Positions 42,351 through 57,700 of a stretch of DNA of 64,000 nucleotides are shown in pieces (the first letter of the stretch is position 1; each line of letters begins with the position of its first letter). The notes under the pieces are model-generated. The model made no database searches. It saw only the letters and a list, made by a program, of their open reading frames with translations, and was not told the origin of the DNA. Made by a program: the position numbers and the translations under genes. This DNA comes from Eledone cirrhosa. Taxonomy: Eukaryota. The DNA is taken from NCBI GenBank assembly GCA_964016885.1, contig OZ024743.1, positions 293,632,001 to 293,696,000 of the forward strand, read 5' to 3'.

Positions 42351-43259
42351 TCTTTATATATATAAATGTGTGTGTGTGTGTGTGTACTTATACCTACCCT
42401 CATATATTTACACACACACACACGTGAGAGTGTATGCGGTATATGTATGAATGTGTGTTTTGGGGGTATCAGGTTTCACTTATTTAAACACAGATGCAAG
42501 TCAAGAACTATCGAAAGGAGTCTATTTAAATTAGCAGGGAATTGATGTAGTATTTAAAAAATGATTTGTTTTTCCGTTATGGTAGGGTGTCACGCATTTA
42601 AATGACATTATCAATTATATTCATATATAGATATTTCAGGGCTACATTATGGCGATTGTTTTATTTGCAACAAAAACACCGGATAAAAGGGACATTACAA
42701 CAATGTGTTATAACATGTTGGTGGAGCTTTACAAGGAAATGTAAAAAAAATTAGGCAGCAAGTGTATATAGTTTATAAATTAGGCATACATATTGTATAA
42801 ATAAATAAGCTATTCAAGACATCTTATGTTAAATATGGAACCTTACAAATCAGGGTTCACCTTGACCACCAAGTGTGAGTCTCCCACTCCCCCAATTGTC
42901 ATTGTCTGCCCACTTTTTCCAGTACTTTCACCCTTCTTTTGATAAAATTACTGGAGGAGAGCATCCCCTGTTCACTAACAAAAGGAACAACAGCCAATGC
43001 ATGAACATATTCCCAAGATGGGAATATTTGTTTAGAAGTAACCATGCGATGATAATATGTGAATAATTTGAACTTATTTTCAGGGACATATGCTGTTTGT
43101 TTAATGGGTTGTGGATTCATTCATTCCATGGCAATACGTTTTCCTCTGTTAATTAATAATGGATTCTAATTTACGCGCAAGGCCAGCAATTTGGATAGGA
43201 GGCATAGATAATGATTCAATCTGCAAAATGAACAAGAGTTGTACGTAATTGTGTGTGTG

Positions 43260-43301
<42 letters not shown>

Positions 43302-43355
43302 TCTGTGTGTGTGTGTGTGTCTGTGTGTGCCTGTGTATGGGTGTGTGTGTGTGTC

Positions 43356-43417
<62 letters not shown>

Positions 43418-43585
43418 TGTATTAGGTTCTTACGGTTCAGTAGGTGGCCGAATGCAGAAGAATTTTATTTATGTCTGTGTAGGAATAGCGATTTTCCTCC
43501 TTCTCTATGATAACATAATGATGATAATAATAAAAGTAATAATAATGATGATAATAATTCTATCAGCAAAATGAAGAAGACTGTT

Positions 43586-43716
<131 letters not shown>

Positions 43717-44450
43717 TTTGTTTGTGTGGATAGCCCATGGAAAATGTGCCTCACTAGAGTTTATTCAGACGTGGTTTGTATTTTTGAATAAATATATTTT
43801 CTTTATATCCTCATGTTTAGTCTGTGCTATTGTCTGGAAAAAATAATGTCGGAAGACTTGAAATTTGGGGGACATATTTGTTGCACATATGTCTAAGTGG
43901 GTATTTAGGCATATGTGCATGGTTTCATAAGATATATGTGGAATGGTTTCATAATTGTTGACGATCAATTAACAATTTGGTTAGCGTTATGTAATCTTCG
44001 TTATATCCTTTACATTTAATAGAATATATCAATTTTTTGGATGAACAGGTTAAAGGAATTTTTACAAAAGAAATTTGCCCTGATTTACATTTTACAATGT
44101 CTCTTCAATGAGGTTAATGCAGTTTCGGCATTCAGGGCAACCACATGTTTTAATTGTTGGTGCTGGTTTTGTGTTGGTTAATTTTGCACTAGTGAATAGT
44201 TTTTTTAAAGGAATTTTGGTTCTTATTTTTTTTTTATTATTTTATGCTTTTCGTGTGCATTTTTCATTCTTAGATGTTGTCATAATAGTAGGATGTTCGA
44301 GTTGATAATGTTGTATGTTTTTGTATTTGGATTGGCAGTGTCTGTAGAGCCGCGGACAATAAAATAAAGTACCAGTAACAAACTGAGGTCGATTTAATCG
44401 ACTCCCCCCGAAAACAAAATTGTTGGCCTTGTATCTAAATCATCATCATT

Positions 44451-44645
44451 CGGTGGATTAGCAGTATCGGTAGAGGGTCAGGCACCATGCTTTCCAGCAT
44501 AGAGTTACGTCCCTTTACGGTTTGAGTTCAAATTCCGCCGAGGTTAACTTTGCCTTTCATCGTCACGGGGTCGATAAAATAAAGTACCAGAAACGCACTG
44601 GGATAATTGCTGGCCTTATGCCAAAAGTAGAAACAATTATTATTA
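44451..44645 (+). mobile_element. tRNA-derived SINE, preceded by a related 3' fragment at about 44357-44440
   Basis: Same family motifs as the other SINE copies. Confidence 0.85.
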
Positions 44646-45058
44646 CTTTTTGTCGCGCGACCCTTCATATTCCGACTTAGCATGCGAAAAAAAATATATA
44701 TATACTATTTCTACACATAAAGACTCATAATTAAGGTTATATACACTTGACTAATTAACAGACCGAAAATGGTCATGAACTCCTTTTGATATTGTCAATA
44801 TCCACGTTCACTGGATCATACCACACCCATGTTTGACGTGACAATCCACGAGCTATTAAATTGTACTTTAAACAGTTAACAATCTGACCCACTTTTCTAC
44901 ATAAAAGAGAATGTTCCTACATCATGTCACGGCTACATATCTCTCCGTCTCACTTAAAGTTTAAGGATCATGAAACTGTGAAACCGGCAAAGGTATTGTA
45001 AATAAATCTTCTTAAAGACTCCAGTTGCATTTTTAATTTCTTTTTTCTTATACGTTTA

Positions 45059-45096
<38 letters not shown>

Positions 45097-45196
45097 AGAT
45101 ATAAAAGATGCAGAAGCGAAAACCAACCAAACAGTAAGTGTGTTCTGTTATTATTTCTGGCAATAATAATACAACAATATGACCCTCCGCAAGTAT

Positions 45197-45267
<71 letters not shown>

Positions 45268-45393
45268 AATAAATCTACCAAAATATACGGTAGTTTCCAA
45301 TCCGTATGAAGAACTCAATGTAATCCAAATATCATGAAAAGAGATGTATTCAAAACATTTTTTCGATGAAAATCACAGGAAAACAGAGTCAAG

Positions 45394-45465
<72 letters not shown>

Positions 45466-45466
<1 letters not shown>

Positions 45467-46612
45467 TAGAAGTTCTATTTAAATTGTTGGGATACAACAA
45501 GCAAATATTTTTATAACTGATATGAAGCACTCAACAAATTATTGGAGTAAAAATACGATATATTAACAAATGGAAACTATATTTATAAAACCATATTTAT
45601 TTCATTATACATATTTCAAGGACACCAAGTTAAATTATGGTGTGCTTTCATCAGATAAAATATATAGAGCAGTTTTATAAATAACTATTGACATACCCTT
45701 ATAGAATGCGACCATTTCTATTGGAAGCTCCTATTTTATCCGGGAGCTTTCTAAGATTTTCTCCGAAAAATCTATAAGTTTATGAAAATTCCTATATCTT
45801 AAATTAAAAAAATCCTTTATAGTTTGTATGTATATGTATATATATGTAGGTGTATGTATATATATTTATATGTATATATATCTGTGTGTGCGTATGTATA
45901 TATATATGAATATATTATTTTAATAATATATAGAATTTTTAATAATATATAGTCTTAATAATATATAGATTTATAAATAATATATAGATCTCAATTTTTA
46001 ATGTATAGATCTCAATAATTTAAATGATAAACTAAACATTTAATCATATTTAAACAATGGTTAAAATTCTTCTATTATGTATGTATTTTCCATTCACGCT
46101 TATTTACACTTCTCTATTCATCCATTAAATATTTATTCTCTCACTTCATCTCAAAAGTTAAGTTAATACAACAACCTATCATTTAGAGCTTCCGCTTTCT
46201 CTTTTCTTTTTTCTTCTCTTTTTTCTTCTATTTCTCCTTTTCTTATTTTCCTCTTAGAGTTTGCTCTTTTTTCTCTTTTTTCTTTTTTTTCTATTTCTCT
46301 TTTTCTCTCTCTTTTTTTTCTCACTCTCTCTTTCTCCATAACCCAACAGCTTATTTAAATCTACTCTGATTTTAAAATATCCGAAACTAATTTAGATAAT
46401 AGCATAAATAAATTTATAACCCCACTATCCGGGAGCTTCCAACAGAAATGGTCGCATTCTTTAAGGGTATGTCAATATTTATTTATAAAACTGCTCTATA
46501 TTATATTTTATTTGATGAAAGCACACCATAATTTAACTTGGTGTCCTTGAAATATGTATAATGAAATAAATATGGTTTTACAAATATAGTTTCCATTTGT
46601 TAATATATCGTA
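45466..46612. mobile_element. Inverted pair of pLTR family A copies
   Basis: 45555-45731 is the inverse of 46432-46612. Hammerheads are at 45598-45662(-) and 46504-46568(+, core TTGATGA). Confidence 0.8.
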
Positions 46613-46967
46613 TATATATATATATATATATTAGAAAGTGAGGTTTTTTTTACAAAATGAAAAATAACCGAGGTGTCCTACACGAGTGAAAGTATAAAGA
46701 AAAAAAGATGAAATCGAAAATGCAACTGGAGTATTATTTAAAAAAAATATATATATATTTATTTGGTTCCTTTACCGGTTTCGCAGTTCTTCTGCTTTTC
46801 AAAAGTAGAGTTGAGATGGAGGGTCTGTGAGAAAAACCACAGACCCTCCATCTCAACTCTACTTTTGAAAAGCAGAAGAACTGCGAAACCGGTAAAGGAA
46901 CCAAATAAATATATATATTTAAAAAAAAAATAAGACTCCAGTTGCATTTTCGATTTCATCTTTTTTT

Positions 46968-47007
<40 letters not shown>

Positions 47008-47042
47008 CTTTAGAGTTATATACATACATACATATAAATATA

Positions 47043-47417
47043 TAATTGTTTCTACTTTTGGCACAAGGCCACCAATAACCCAGTGTATTACTGGTACTTT
47101 ATTTTATCGACCCCGTAAGGATGAAAGGCAAAGTTAACCACGGCGGGATTTGAACTCAGATAATAAAGGGCCGTAACTCTCTGCTACAAAGCATGGCGTC
47201 CGACCCTCTACCGATACTGCCATACCATATAATTGTTTCTACTTTAGGCACAAGGCCAGCAATTACCCAGTACATTACTGGTACTTTATTTTATCGACCC
47301 CGTAAGGATGAAAGGCAAAGTCAACCTCGGCGGGATTTGAACTCAGATCGTAAAGGGACGTAACTATGCTGGAAAGCATGGCGTCCGACCCTCTACCGAT
47401 ACTGCCAATCCACCGCC
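47043..47417 (-). mobile_element. Two adjacent tRNA-derived SINEs; the second has a 17-bp target-site duplication
   Basis: Copies at 47043-47222 and 47230-47417. ctgccataccatataat occurs at 47217-47233 and 47419-47435. Confidence 0.85.
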
Positions 47418-47858
47418 TCTGCCATACCATATAATGATGTAAATTTAGTGTCAAAAACATAAGGTTGTACGATGTACGTAAAAGAAAGTTTAGCTAAAAA
47501 ATAATCATTTAAAAATAAACAACAAATACACACGCCATTCTATGAAATATATAAATGTATGTTACATTTTGACATTACATCGGTGCAGCATAATTTACAA
47601 TTATATCACGTTTTCTATGGCAAACGCATTTTTGGTTGCTACGTTGTTCCATGTTGCGCCATATTGTTCTTGTACATATATCAAAATATCTGCTAAGTTC
47701 CTAGGCCAGTTCTGTATTTACATTATTTCTATCTTTTGTTTTACTTCATTTACCTAATATCTTTCTCTTCTGTCCCCAACATACATGTAGGGACACACAT
47801 ATATGTACAAAATACATAAACAAAATGAACGTATATACATTAACCAACGCTCACAAAT

Positions 47859-47984
<126 letters not shown>

Positions 47985-48149
47985 TCACATGTGTAAATAT
48001 ATAAACATTTATATACACACACATATATGTATAATATATATATATAATTAATATATTTATGTATATAATATATTCATACATATATATATATAATAGATTT
48101 ATACACATATATATATAATATATATATAATATATATACAATATATTTAT

Positions 48150-48197
<48 letters not shown>

Positions 48198-48561
48198 ATA
48201 TATGTGTGTGTGTGTACATACATACACATACATACACACATATATATATATACATACACACATACACATACATATATACATATACACATATACATATATA
48301 TATATATATATATGTGTGCGTGTCTGTGTATGTATACATATGTGCACACATGTAAATATTTGTGAATGTGTATGTGTGTAAAATAAATTTATAATATAAT
48401 GGATGTATTTTATGTATAATCAGGCATAAGAAAGTCAAACATTAACTGAATGAGTAGTCAATGCATCTAAGTAAATGTAGATTCTTATTTTGCAAGAAAA
48501 AGGTTGACAGCCACTTCGAAGTTTTAATTGTAGTAGTTGTATTATTATTATTATTATTTTG

Positions 48562-48760
48562 GGCGGTGGATTGGCAGTATCGGTAGAGGGTCGGACGCCT
48601 TGCTTTCCAGCATAGTTACGTCCCTTTACGATCTGAGTTCAAATCCCGCCGAGGTTGACTTTGCCTTTCATCCTTACGGGGTCGATAAAATAAAGTACCA
48701 GTAATGCACTGGGTAATTGCTGGCCTTGTGCCTAAAGTAGAAACAATTATTATTATTATT
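48562..48760 (+). mobile_element. tRNA-derived SINE in an (ATT)n tract
   Basis: Box A and box B, central domain, and (ATT)n on both sides. Confidence 0.88.
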
Positions 48761-48989
48761 TTGGCCGCAAATGTGTGAAGACAGACAAGTCTGCGGGGTA
48801 AAAGGTTCGTAGCTTTAAGCTGTTTTAAAGTGTCATTTTTTTTGTATTTTCTTGTCATTAACGAAACTTAGGGTACACATCTTGATTTAAAGAGAGGGAT
48901 ACCTCTCAATATTCGGGCTTTAAGCCCGAATATTCAGATTTATTTTTTAAAATCTTCGAAAAAAATCGCTTCCCCACCAAAAGAAAATT

Positions 48990-50979
48990 ATGGAAATGTT
49001 CGACCTTGAAACGGTAAACAACGTTCAGGTCAAAAGTTTAAAGGCAGCCACTGCAGATTTCACCACGACTACGACGGCTACAGTCATGCCTGTCATCCAC
49101 TCTACTGAATGTGAAGGCAAAACTAAAGAGCTACCATCACAACCTTCTGGCATAGCAGCAGTATCATCTGAAAACGACATCACCACCACCGCCACCACCA
49201 CCACCACCACCACCACAACAACAACAACTCAGAGCAATAACGACAAAAACACCGACAGCTTCAATGTAAACAAGGATGGCGGTGGCAACAGCAAGAATGA
49301 CAACAACAACAATAAGAGCATCTCAAACACCACATTTGCTGCAGCAGCAGCAGCAAAAACAAAGCGCTTATTGAATATCGATATTGATATTAGCGATAAA
49401 GACGAACAGTTGGCCAAAGCGTGGAGGCTAATTAAACGGGAGAAGTCCTGGGCAAACCTGACCATCCCGGACGAGGCAATAGCGGCCATGCAAAGGAGGA
49501 CGGTGCTCTTTCGATGTATTTCGGTGCAGACACGAAAAGTGGAACTTGCGAGCCAAGCAGAGGTAGAGGCTGCTTTGGAGTACATCGGAAGTAACATAGA
49601 GTACAAAGCAAGAGGCAAACAGTTCGGTACCATCTCGGTACTGTTAAAATCCGAGGCTCTCGCTATTAAGCACTCGGTGATCCCCTGCAGAACGGAACGC
49701 ATTATCATGCATCCGTCCTATATGGGTAAAAGGACAGTGAAGGTACGCATTCCCAGCATCCCACCAGGAATGAACATATGGTGGCTGCTGGGATGCGTAA
49801 TCGAGGAGGGGACAGACACCACCCTCCTGGACATCAAAAGGACAGAGAGAGAGAAGACTGGTCCGGAATGGATTTGGAGATTCTTCTCCAAATGAAACCG
49901 GAGGATATAAATAACATCCCAGATTTTGCCCGCCTGCAGGACGGGACAACAATCCAACTAATGATTGACGGAAGAAGGCCACGCTGCTTCGTTTGCGGGG
50001 AAGCCACGCATCTTCAAGCCTTCTGCCCTCAGCGCAAAAGTGCAGGGGGTCGCAAACCTCCTTTGTTGCCAACGCCAGTGTCAGCACGGAAAGCTGCACC
50101 ACCACAACCACCAAAAACAACATCAACAAAAACAGGGACACCAACATCAAAAGCAGACGGATCACCACCAACACCAAAACCAATCCAAGGAGAAAACGAG
50201 GAAAGCTCTCCCACTCCCCCTACCCCCCCCCAACTATATACATAGACAAAAAAAAAAATAAACGCACACACAGACACAGAGACACTCACAGACACAGACC
50301 CTTTGTCTTCCAGCAGCGAAGATGAAGGAAAACCCAAAAGTGCAAAAAAACAGAGAAAACTCACAAAAAAAAAAAGCCCCAACAAAACACAAAAACACAC
50401 ACAACAAAAAATACAGACACCACTAACGCAGACACTTCCCCAATAACATCAGCACCATCAGCAACATCGACACCACCTCCACAATCCCCGAAACGCAAAC
50501 AACCTAAACAAACACAAGTACAAATAAACACACAAATACCTGAAATTGCAGACACTACACCTACAACAAACATAGACATACCCGAAACAACACCACCAAA
50601 ACCATCGCCACCACCTTCACCAAAACGAAAACAAATAAAACCACACCAACAAAATGTTAAAAACTTCGTTCTTGTCAGAAGGGCCAACGATAAACTGATG
50701 GCCCTCTTAACGCGAAGCGAGGACATTCAAACAGAGGGGGAGATTTTTGAAATGAGCACATTTTGCGTGCCAGAAGATTTGCTTCTGGTCCGAATGTCAC
50801 TCAATTCCTTCAAAGAAATTCGAGAGAGCTTTCCTCAAGACGTGGGAAACCCGAATGTGAAACCCACATCAAGACTTTTAAAGGGGTTCCCAAAAGAAAC
50901 CCCACCAACCATGGAGGTCGAACCACCCGACCTTCACAGGACTCGGGAGGTAAGTAAACCTTCCCTCTCTCTCTTTTAG
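48990..50979 (+). pseudogene. LINE ORF1 (zinc-knuckle RNA-binding protein), frameshifted
   Basis: Pieces 48990-49895, 49778-50245 (CFVCGEATHLQAFC) and 50698-50979 are collinear with the intact ORF1 at 59898-61808. Confidence 0.88.
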
Positions 50980-50988
50980 CTTACCAAT

Positions 50989-53900
50989 ATGGCCATATTA
51001 AGAGTAGGAAGTTTAAATGTTCGCGGCCTGGGGTCACCCTGGAAGCAGGGTCGCCTGCTCAATGACCTCCGGTCGCTGGAAATGGATGTGATTGCCGTAA
51101 GCGAGACCAGAATTTCCGACATGCGTGCACTAGCCCCCATTTTCGACGACTATCAGATCTTCGCATCTGTTAGCAGGCCGGGAATGGGGGGTGGGGGTGC
51201 AGTGCTGTTTAGGAAAGGACTGGATCTCGAGGTAAGGTCGATCTTCCGGGACCCGGACGGTAAGTTGGTGGTCTTGGATGTGAGCAGTAGCGAAGGTGGT
51301 GCCTTTAGACTGCTGGCCGTCTACACCCCTACAGGGGCCGGACGACCTGACTTCTTTAGGCGCCTGGAGACCTTTCTGGGTACGTCTCGCCCTTTACTGT
51401 TAGCGGGGGACTGGAATGGCATCTTAGACGCACGCTGGGATTATGTGGGAGTAGCCGATAGGAGCGGGGGGTGCAAAAGCCTCAAGCACCTACTCAGCCA
51501 GTTCCAACTGTCTGACAGGTATCGACTAGATTTCCCCAATGTGCCAGTATGGACATGGACCAACCGAATGGGGTCATCTAGATCGTATATAGACAGAATC
51601 TTCATTAGGAAAATAGATAGAAATAGTGTGGGCTGTCCACTTTTTAAAACGGTCGCCTATTCAGATCACAAATATGTGATCTGTACGGTCGACCTAAATA
51701 AAACGCGTAGGTTAGGACCGGGTTACTTGTAGCTGAACATGTCATTTCCGGCACGTAAGGCTTACAGGGACCGAGTCAATAAGTTAGTTAAGCAAAAGTT
51801 GACAGGGGGGATCATCAACAACAGATGGTGGGGGGGCTCTCAAAAGAGAGATTAGAGTAACTTCGATAGAGTTCAGCAAAGAACTAGCGTTAGAGAAAAA
51901 TAGAAAGGAGGGGGAGCTGGTAGATAAGTTAGACGAGGCTATTTGTAGTGGCATCGCAACTGACGTGCTAGCGGCGAGAATGGCATTAGACCATTTCTTC
52001 AATGCCAAACACGAAGGTTGCATTGTCAGAGCTAAGGCGCGTGCGCTGAGAAACGAGGGAACTAAAGCTGTTCGATGGGCCCGCGTGGCGGAGGCGCAGC
52101 GTGGTAACAAAACCACAATTCGGTCTTTGGCGGACCGAGACGGACACGAGATAAGCGATTCCAAGCGGATGTGTGAGGCCTTTCGCCAGCACTTTGCTCG
52201 GTTGTTCGGGGAGAGTGGCGAGTCAGAGTGAGTAGCAGATTTCAGTCCCTACCTTGACGGCTTGCCGCGCATCTCGACGGTCGACGCTGAGCGCTGCGAA
52301 AGGCCGATTACTTCAGCCGAAATTCAGGACGCCCTTGTCGGCTGCATGAGGCGCAAGTCACCCGGTTTGGATGGTCTGCCCTACGAGCTTTACGTAAATA
52401 TGCCAGACTTGTTCTCCGAACTCCTCGAAGCACTCTACTGTAACTGGCAGCAGAATGGAAGTATTCCCAGTTCTGTGAGCAGGGGAGTGGTGACGCTGAT
52501 AAGGAAAGACGAGAACAAGAGGGATACATTAGACAACTTCAGGCCCATAACTCTGCTCAACACAGAGTTTAAGATTTTGGCCAAGGTGTTAGCAAAAAGA
52601 TTGGCGCTTGTCGTCGAGGATTCGGTTGGGGAGGCGCAAACTTGCGCAATCCCAGCCAGGTCCATACACGACAATCTCCACCTCATGCGATACATCATAG
52701 AGAGGGTAGGGTGTAAACCTGGCTTCGGTGGGGCACTGATCAATTTAGATCAATCGAAAGCATTCGATAGGGTCGACCATCGGTATCTGGAGTTTGTCCT
52801 CAAAGCAGCTGGCTTCGGCCCTGTCTTTAGAAGCTGGATCGTTGCAATGCACAGCGGCACACGCTCGGTGGTCAAGGTTAATGGCCACCTCTCGGAACCA
52901 TTTCGGCTCTCCCGATCGGTCCGTCAAGGGTGCCCTCTCTCTTCCCTTCTGTACGTATTGACTCTCGAGCCTTTACTGCGGAAGCTGGAGCTGTTGCAGG
53001 GCATCCCGCTCGAACCGGGACGTGGAAAGGCGGTGTCGGCTTATGCGGACGACATCACCGTGATGGTGTCGAACACCTCAGAAATCGAGGTGGTCGGCAC
53101 CTTATTGAAGGAATATGAAAGGTTGACAGGAGCCAAACTTAACCCGGAAAAGTCGGTGGGCTTGCAGCTCGGAACCTGGAGAGGCAAGCCCATGCCGTCC
53201 AACAGCGTCGTGGGGCGCTGGACGGACGGACCAGTAAAGTTGCTCGGGGTTTGGTTCGGACCAGACCTCCAGGTGGAAAAGAATTGGGACGAGGTAACGA
53301 GCAGAGTAGCCAGTCTCACCCAAAAATGGGCTGGGAGGAAGCTATCACTGAAAGGTCGCGCGGAGGTGGCGAATGCGTACATCGCGTCCGTCATCTATTA
53401 CCGCCTAACCGTCGTGCCTTGCCCCCGTCCGCGCCTCGTCAAGTTGGAACGGCTCCTCTTCAAATTCTTGTGGAGGGGACAAGTTCCGTTGGTGAGGCGG
53501 TCCATCTGCTGCCAGCACCCTCTACGTGGAGGGCTGGGCATGCCGTAGCTAATGATGCGCAGACATGCGTTGAGGCTGCGACATCTCCAGATATTCTGCC
53601 TCAATGGTGAACAGGTGTGGTCGCCGTTTATCAGACGGGCCTTTCCGCAGCTCATTTCTTTGACTAGCTGCAGTCCTGGGTCAAGAAGAGACCGAGACTG
53701 GGTGACTGGCACCTGGAATGTTGCCAGGCACTCACTGCCCTCTACCAAGCGGGCAATGCGATCAGTGGAACTCCACTCTCGTGTTCTATAGAGGATTAGT
53801 GGTGAGCAAATGCGATGACGCACTCGGAGAAGCTTTGGGCCTCGACGAAGTCGAACTGACTAGTCTGTACCGGAGGACTTTTGAGCCGGGGACGATGGAC

Positions 53901-54419
53901 AATTTCCAGAAATCCCTCGCTTGGCAGTGCTACCGGGGGGCACTGCCGGTTCGGGATAAACTCTACAGGCACGGAAGTGCTGTCAGACGGACCTGCCCAA
54001 GATGCGCACAGAACGACGAAACCGTTCTGCACGCACTTGTCCAATGTCCGTGCATTACTGACTTGTGGAGTTATGTCGAACAGCTACTGTCGCGTGTGGA
54101 ACGAATCCAGTTATCGGCCGAGTCCATAGTGAAGATCGAGCCGCCACCTTCCTTAGGTCAGGAAGAGCAGGACATTTTCCTCTGTCTGGTGGCAGTTGAG
54201 AAAGAGATTATATGGTGGACCAGGTTGAAAGGACTAAAGACAGACACTTTTCTCTTCGGCCAATCCCTCATCAACTTCTTCAAGTTTCACCTGGAAAGGA
54301 GGGTGAGGGTGGAGAGAGAAGTGCTGCCCCCCCCCCCCCCCAGTACATTTGCTAAAAGGTGGGTGAATGTGGCGAGAATGGCTCGTGTGAATGGGTCTAC
54401 TCTGACCATGCGCCTATAG
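50989..54419 (+). pseudogene. LINE ORF2 (APE endonuclease, RT, C-terminal CCHC) with stops and frameshifts
   Basis: SLNVRGL, GDWN, YSDH, SPGLDG, FRPITLLN, DQSKAFD, VRQGCPLS, AYADD and CPRC..ETVLHALVQC motifs. Stops at 51730, 52229 and 53546. Confidence 0.93.
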
Positions 54420-54696
54420 GCTGGCTAACTTGAGGAGAGGGGTGCTCTCCTGGGTGCCCTAGAAGCGCAGGGTGGTTCAGGATTGGTGGGGTACCCGAAT
54501 CACCCCAGGGTCGTCCACCCCCTATCGGGGAATTTATTTTGTTATATTTATGCATAGTTTATTTTATATTTTTATATTTTCGTTGTTAAATTAGTCTTGC
54601 CATTGTGCACTTTTACTCGACCTTATTGTAAACCCCCCACTGTCCCTGTCTTTGTATTGTCCCCTACATGTCGGGCCTTGTGGCTAATAAATGAAA

Positions 54697-54764
<68 letters not shown>

Positions 54765-54775
54765 GTTATTGTTAT

Positions 54776-57700
54776 TCCTTGAATCTCAGTCATTGATGTT
54801 GGTTAACTGGAAAGTCCGTTGGATTGAATATCAAGCCACTACCTGCAGCCTCAGATATTCAGGACGTATCGGAGGGTTCTTGCCGTTCCAAGCAAGCATG
54901 CCTTTTGAAGCGTTCCAAAAAGCGTGAAGGGGCCGATTTTCTTTAACCATCCCTGGAAACCTTTGGAGATAGTCCCCAGTGCCCCTATGACAATCGGGAT
55001 CACTTTGACTTCATGGCAGTTCCAAATCCTTTTCACCTCCCACTTTAGGTCCTGGTATCGGTTAATTTTCTCCCTCTCCTTCTCTTGCACTCTCGTGTCG
55101 AACGGGCAGGCCACATCCACAATCAGGCACGATCTTTTTTCTTTGTCCACAACCACCAGGTCAGGTCTATTGTGTTCCAGTTTTTTGTCCGTCTGTATCC
55201 TAAAATCCCACAGCACCTTCACCTGACTGTTCTCCATCACCGCCTCTGGCCTATGCTCATACCATTTCTCAGAATGTGGTAGATTGTTTACTTTGCACAG
55301 GTGCCAGTGGATCACCCTGCCCATCACATCGTGTCTCCAGCCCTTATAGTGGGTCTGGGCTAGGTGTTTACACTCGGACACAATGTGGGCCACAGTCTCC
55401 TCTCTCTCTCTCCACAGATCCTGCACAGTGGGCTAGCCTCCTCCTTGTAGATATGGTGCTTCAACCATTTCGTTTTGAGGGCCTGCTCCTGCGCAGCCAT
55501 TAGCATTCCTTCTGTAGCCTTTTTGAGGTCTCCTCTTCTCAACCAGTTCCATGTCTGTGGATCTCTAAATTCAGTTTTCTCGAAGAAGGTACTATGAAGG
55601 GATTTTCCCTTAAGGCTGCTCTTCCTCCTTGATGTTATTTCCTCCTTGGATATCCCCTGGCCTACTGTCCCCTCCTTCAGTACAGCTCTGAGCATTGGCT
55701 CCTTACTATAGGTCACGTATTTGTATAGGTTGTTTTTCTCCATCTGAACACAGTGCTCTATGCTGATAAGACCTCTTCCACCCTCAGATCTCCTTAGGTA
55801 GAGTCTATCGACATCACTCCTCTTGTGGAACATGTTGTAGATAGTCAATAGCTTCCTAGTCTTCCTATCCATTTCTTTTTGTTCAGCAACATTCCATCTC
55901 AGAATTCCCGCACTGTACCTAATAATAGACACAGCTCGGGAATTTACTGCGCTTATGGCATTTCTGCTGTTCAGATGTGACTTCAATACGCTCCTTACTC
56001 TCCGAATGTATTCAGTTCTTAACAATTCCTTCATTTTTTTGTTCTTTATGCCATCAGCCTCCAGAACGCCCAAATACTTGTATCCTTCCTCAGAGTCAAT
56101 TTCCTTTATCATCTCACCTGTTGGTATCTGGATCCCGTTACTTCTGCTCAACCTACCCCTCCTCATCACAATGACTCCACATTTACCAATACCAAACTGC
56201 ATACATATATCACTGCTGAAAATACGGACAGTGTCAACAAGCACATCCAACTCCTTCTCACTTTTCCCGAAGAGCTTAAGATCGTCCATGAAGAGGAGGT
56301 GATTGATGGTAAGCTCTCCCCTTCCCAACTTGTATCCTGCTCTCACTTTTCGCAGCATAATGGTCAAGGGCATCAGGGCAAGGACAAACAACAGAGGGGA
56401 CAGGCTATCTCCCTGGAAGATACCTCTCTTGATCTTCACGCTTCCCAAGGATACTCCAGTTGATGTCAACTCTGTCTCCCAGGACCCCATACTCCTGCCC
56501 AGCAACTGTCTGATGTGATCTGCCACCCTGAAGATCTCCAGGCTTTTGGTGATCCAGGAATGAGGCACCATGTCAAATGCCTTTCTGTAGTCTATCCATC
56601 CCATGGCAAGATCAGTGTGTCTCCTCCTGCAATTCCCCATTACCATCTTATCAATAAGCAACGGGTCCTTTGTACCACGTGACTTCTTTCGGCATCCTTT
56701 CTGTTCGTCCGGTAACAAGTTGTTTGTGTGGAGGTGATGGTAGATTTCCTCAGACACAATGCTCGTCAACAGTTTCCACATTACGGGCAGACATGTGATA
56801 GGTCTATAGTTGGTAACATCATTACCCTTGCTTCGGTCTTTCATTATCAGAACTGTGGTACCTTTTGTCAACCACTCTGGCACTTCACCCGACACCAAGC
56901 AGTCATTGAACATGGCCGTCAGCTTCGGGTGGAGGGATGTTAAATGTTTAATCCAATACCCCTGCACACCATCTGGGCCTGGTGATTTCCAGTTGGTTAG
57001 TTTTTTGGCTTGCCCCTTAAGAGTTTCAACTGTGATACTCAAATCAGTCTGTTGTTGTGCCTGCTCACCGATCTCCCTCTGTACTGTCTCAATCCACCCT
57101 GCCTGGGCATTGTGTCTAACATCCTGCTCCCATATTCCTCTCCAGAATGTTTTAGCTTGTTCCGCCCCAGGGATCAAGTCGTTGCCTCTTTCTTTCCCCT
57201 CAAGCTGTCCAAACAGCATCTTCTGGTTGTTGTCGAACATGCGGTTCTGTTTATACTGACTGACTCTGTTCTCGTATCGCCTGATTTTGGCACTCTTTGC
57301 TACAATGCGTTGCTTCAATTCCTCTATGATAATATTTAGCTTTTTACTCCTAGTTTTGTATTTTATTTCCAGTCTATTTTTAGTGCCTATGTTTTTTAGT
57401 GTCCCATTCAGTAGTGACTCAAGCTTTCCTATGTCATTTCTCATTTCCCCGATTTGCCCACTCAGTCGCTTCTTCCACCAAGGCTCTGCTCTTTCTTGTC
57501 TGTTGTTTCCTCTCGCTTTTATACCAAGTAGTTTCCTCACCGTATTTGCTGTTGCTTTGAGGATATTGTTGCACTGGTGAAGACTCCTCGCCTCAAGGTA
57601 TGGGATGACTTTGTTTACCTTAGCTGTTGTTTCTTTTAACTTTTTCCTGTCTACAAATCTTAGGTTCATAGGTCTCCCACTATCATTGTTCAACTCATCT

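Larger units (their letters stand above)
48761..54698 (+). mobile_element. Full-length Tx1/L1-type LINE, decayed
   Basis: 5' UTR, ORF1, ORF2 (APE-RT-CCHC), 3' UTR with AATAAA, and (ATT)n flanks. Confidence 0.9.

Noticed and set aside
42875-43120. Short non-repetitive ORFs as a host exon
   Set aside because: No recognisable motif or supporting splice structure. A BLASTX search would be needed.
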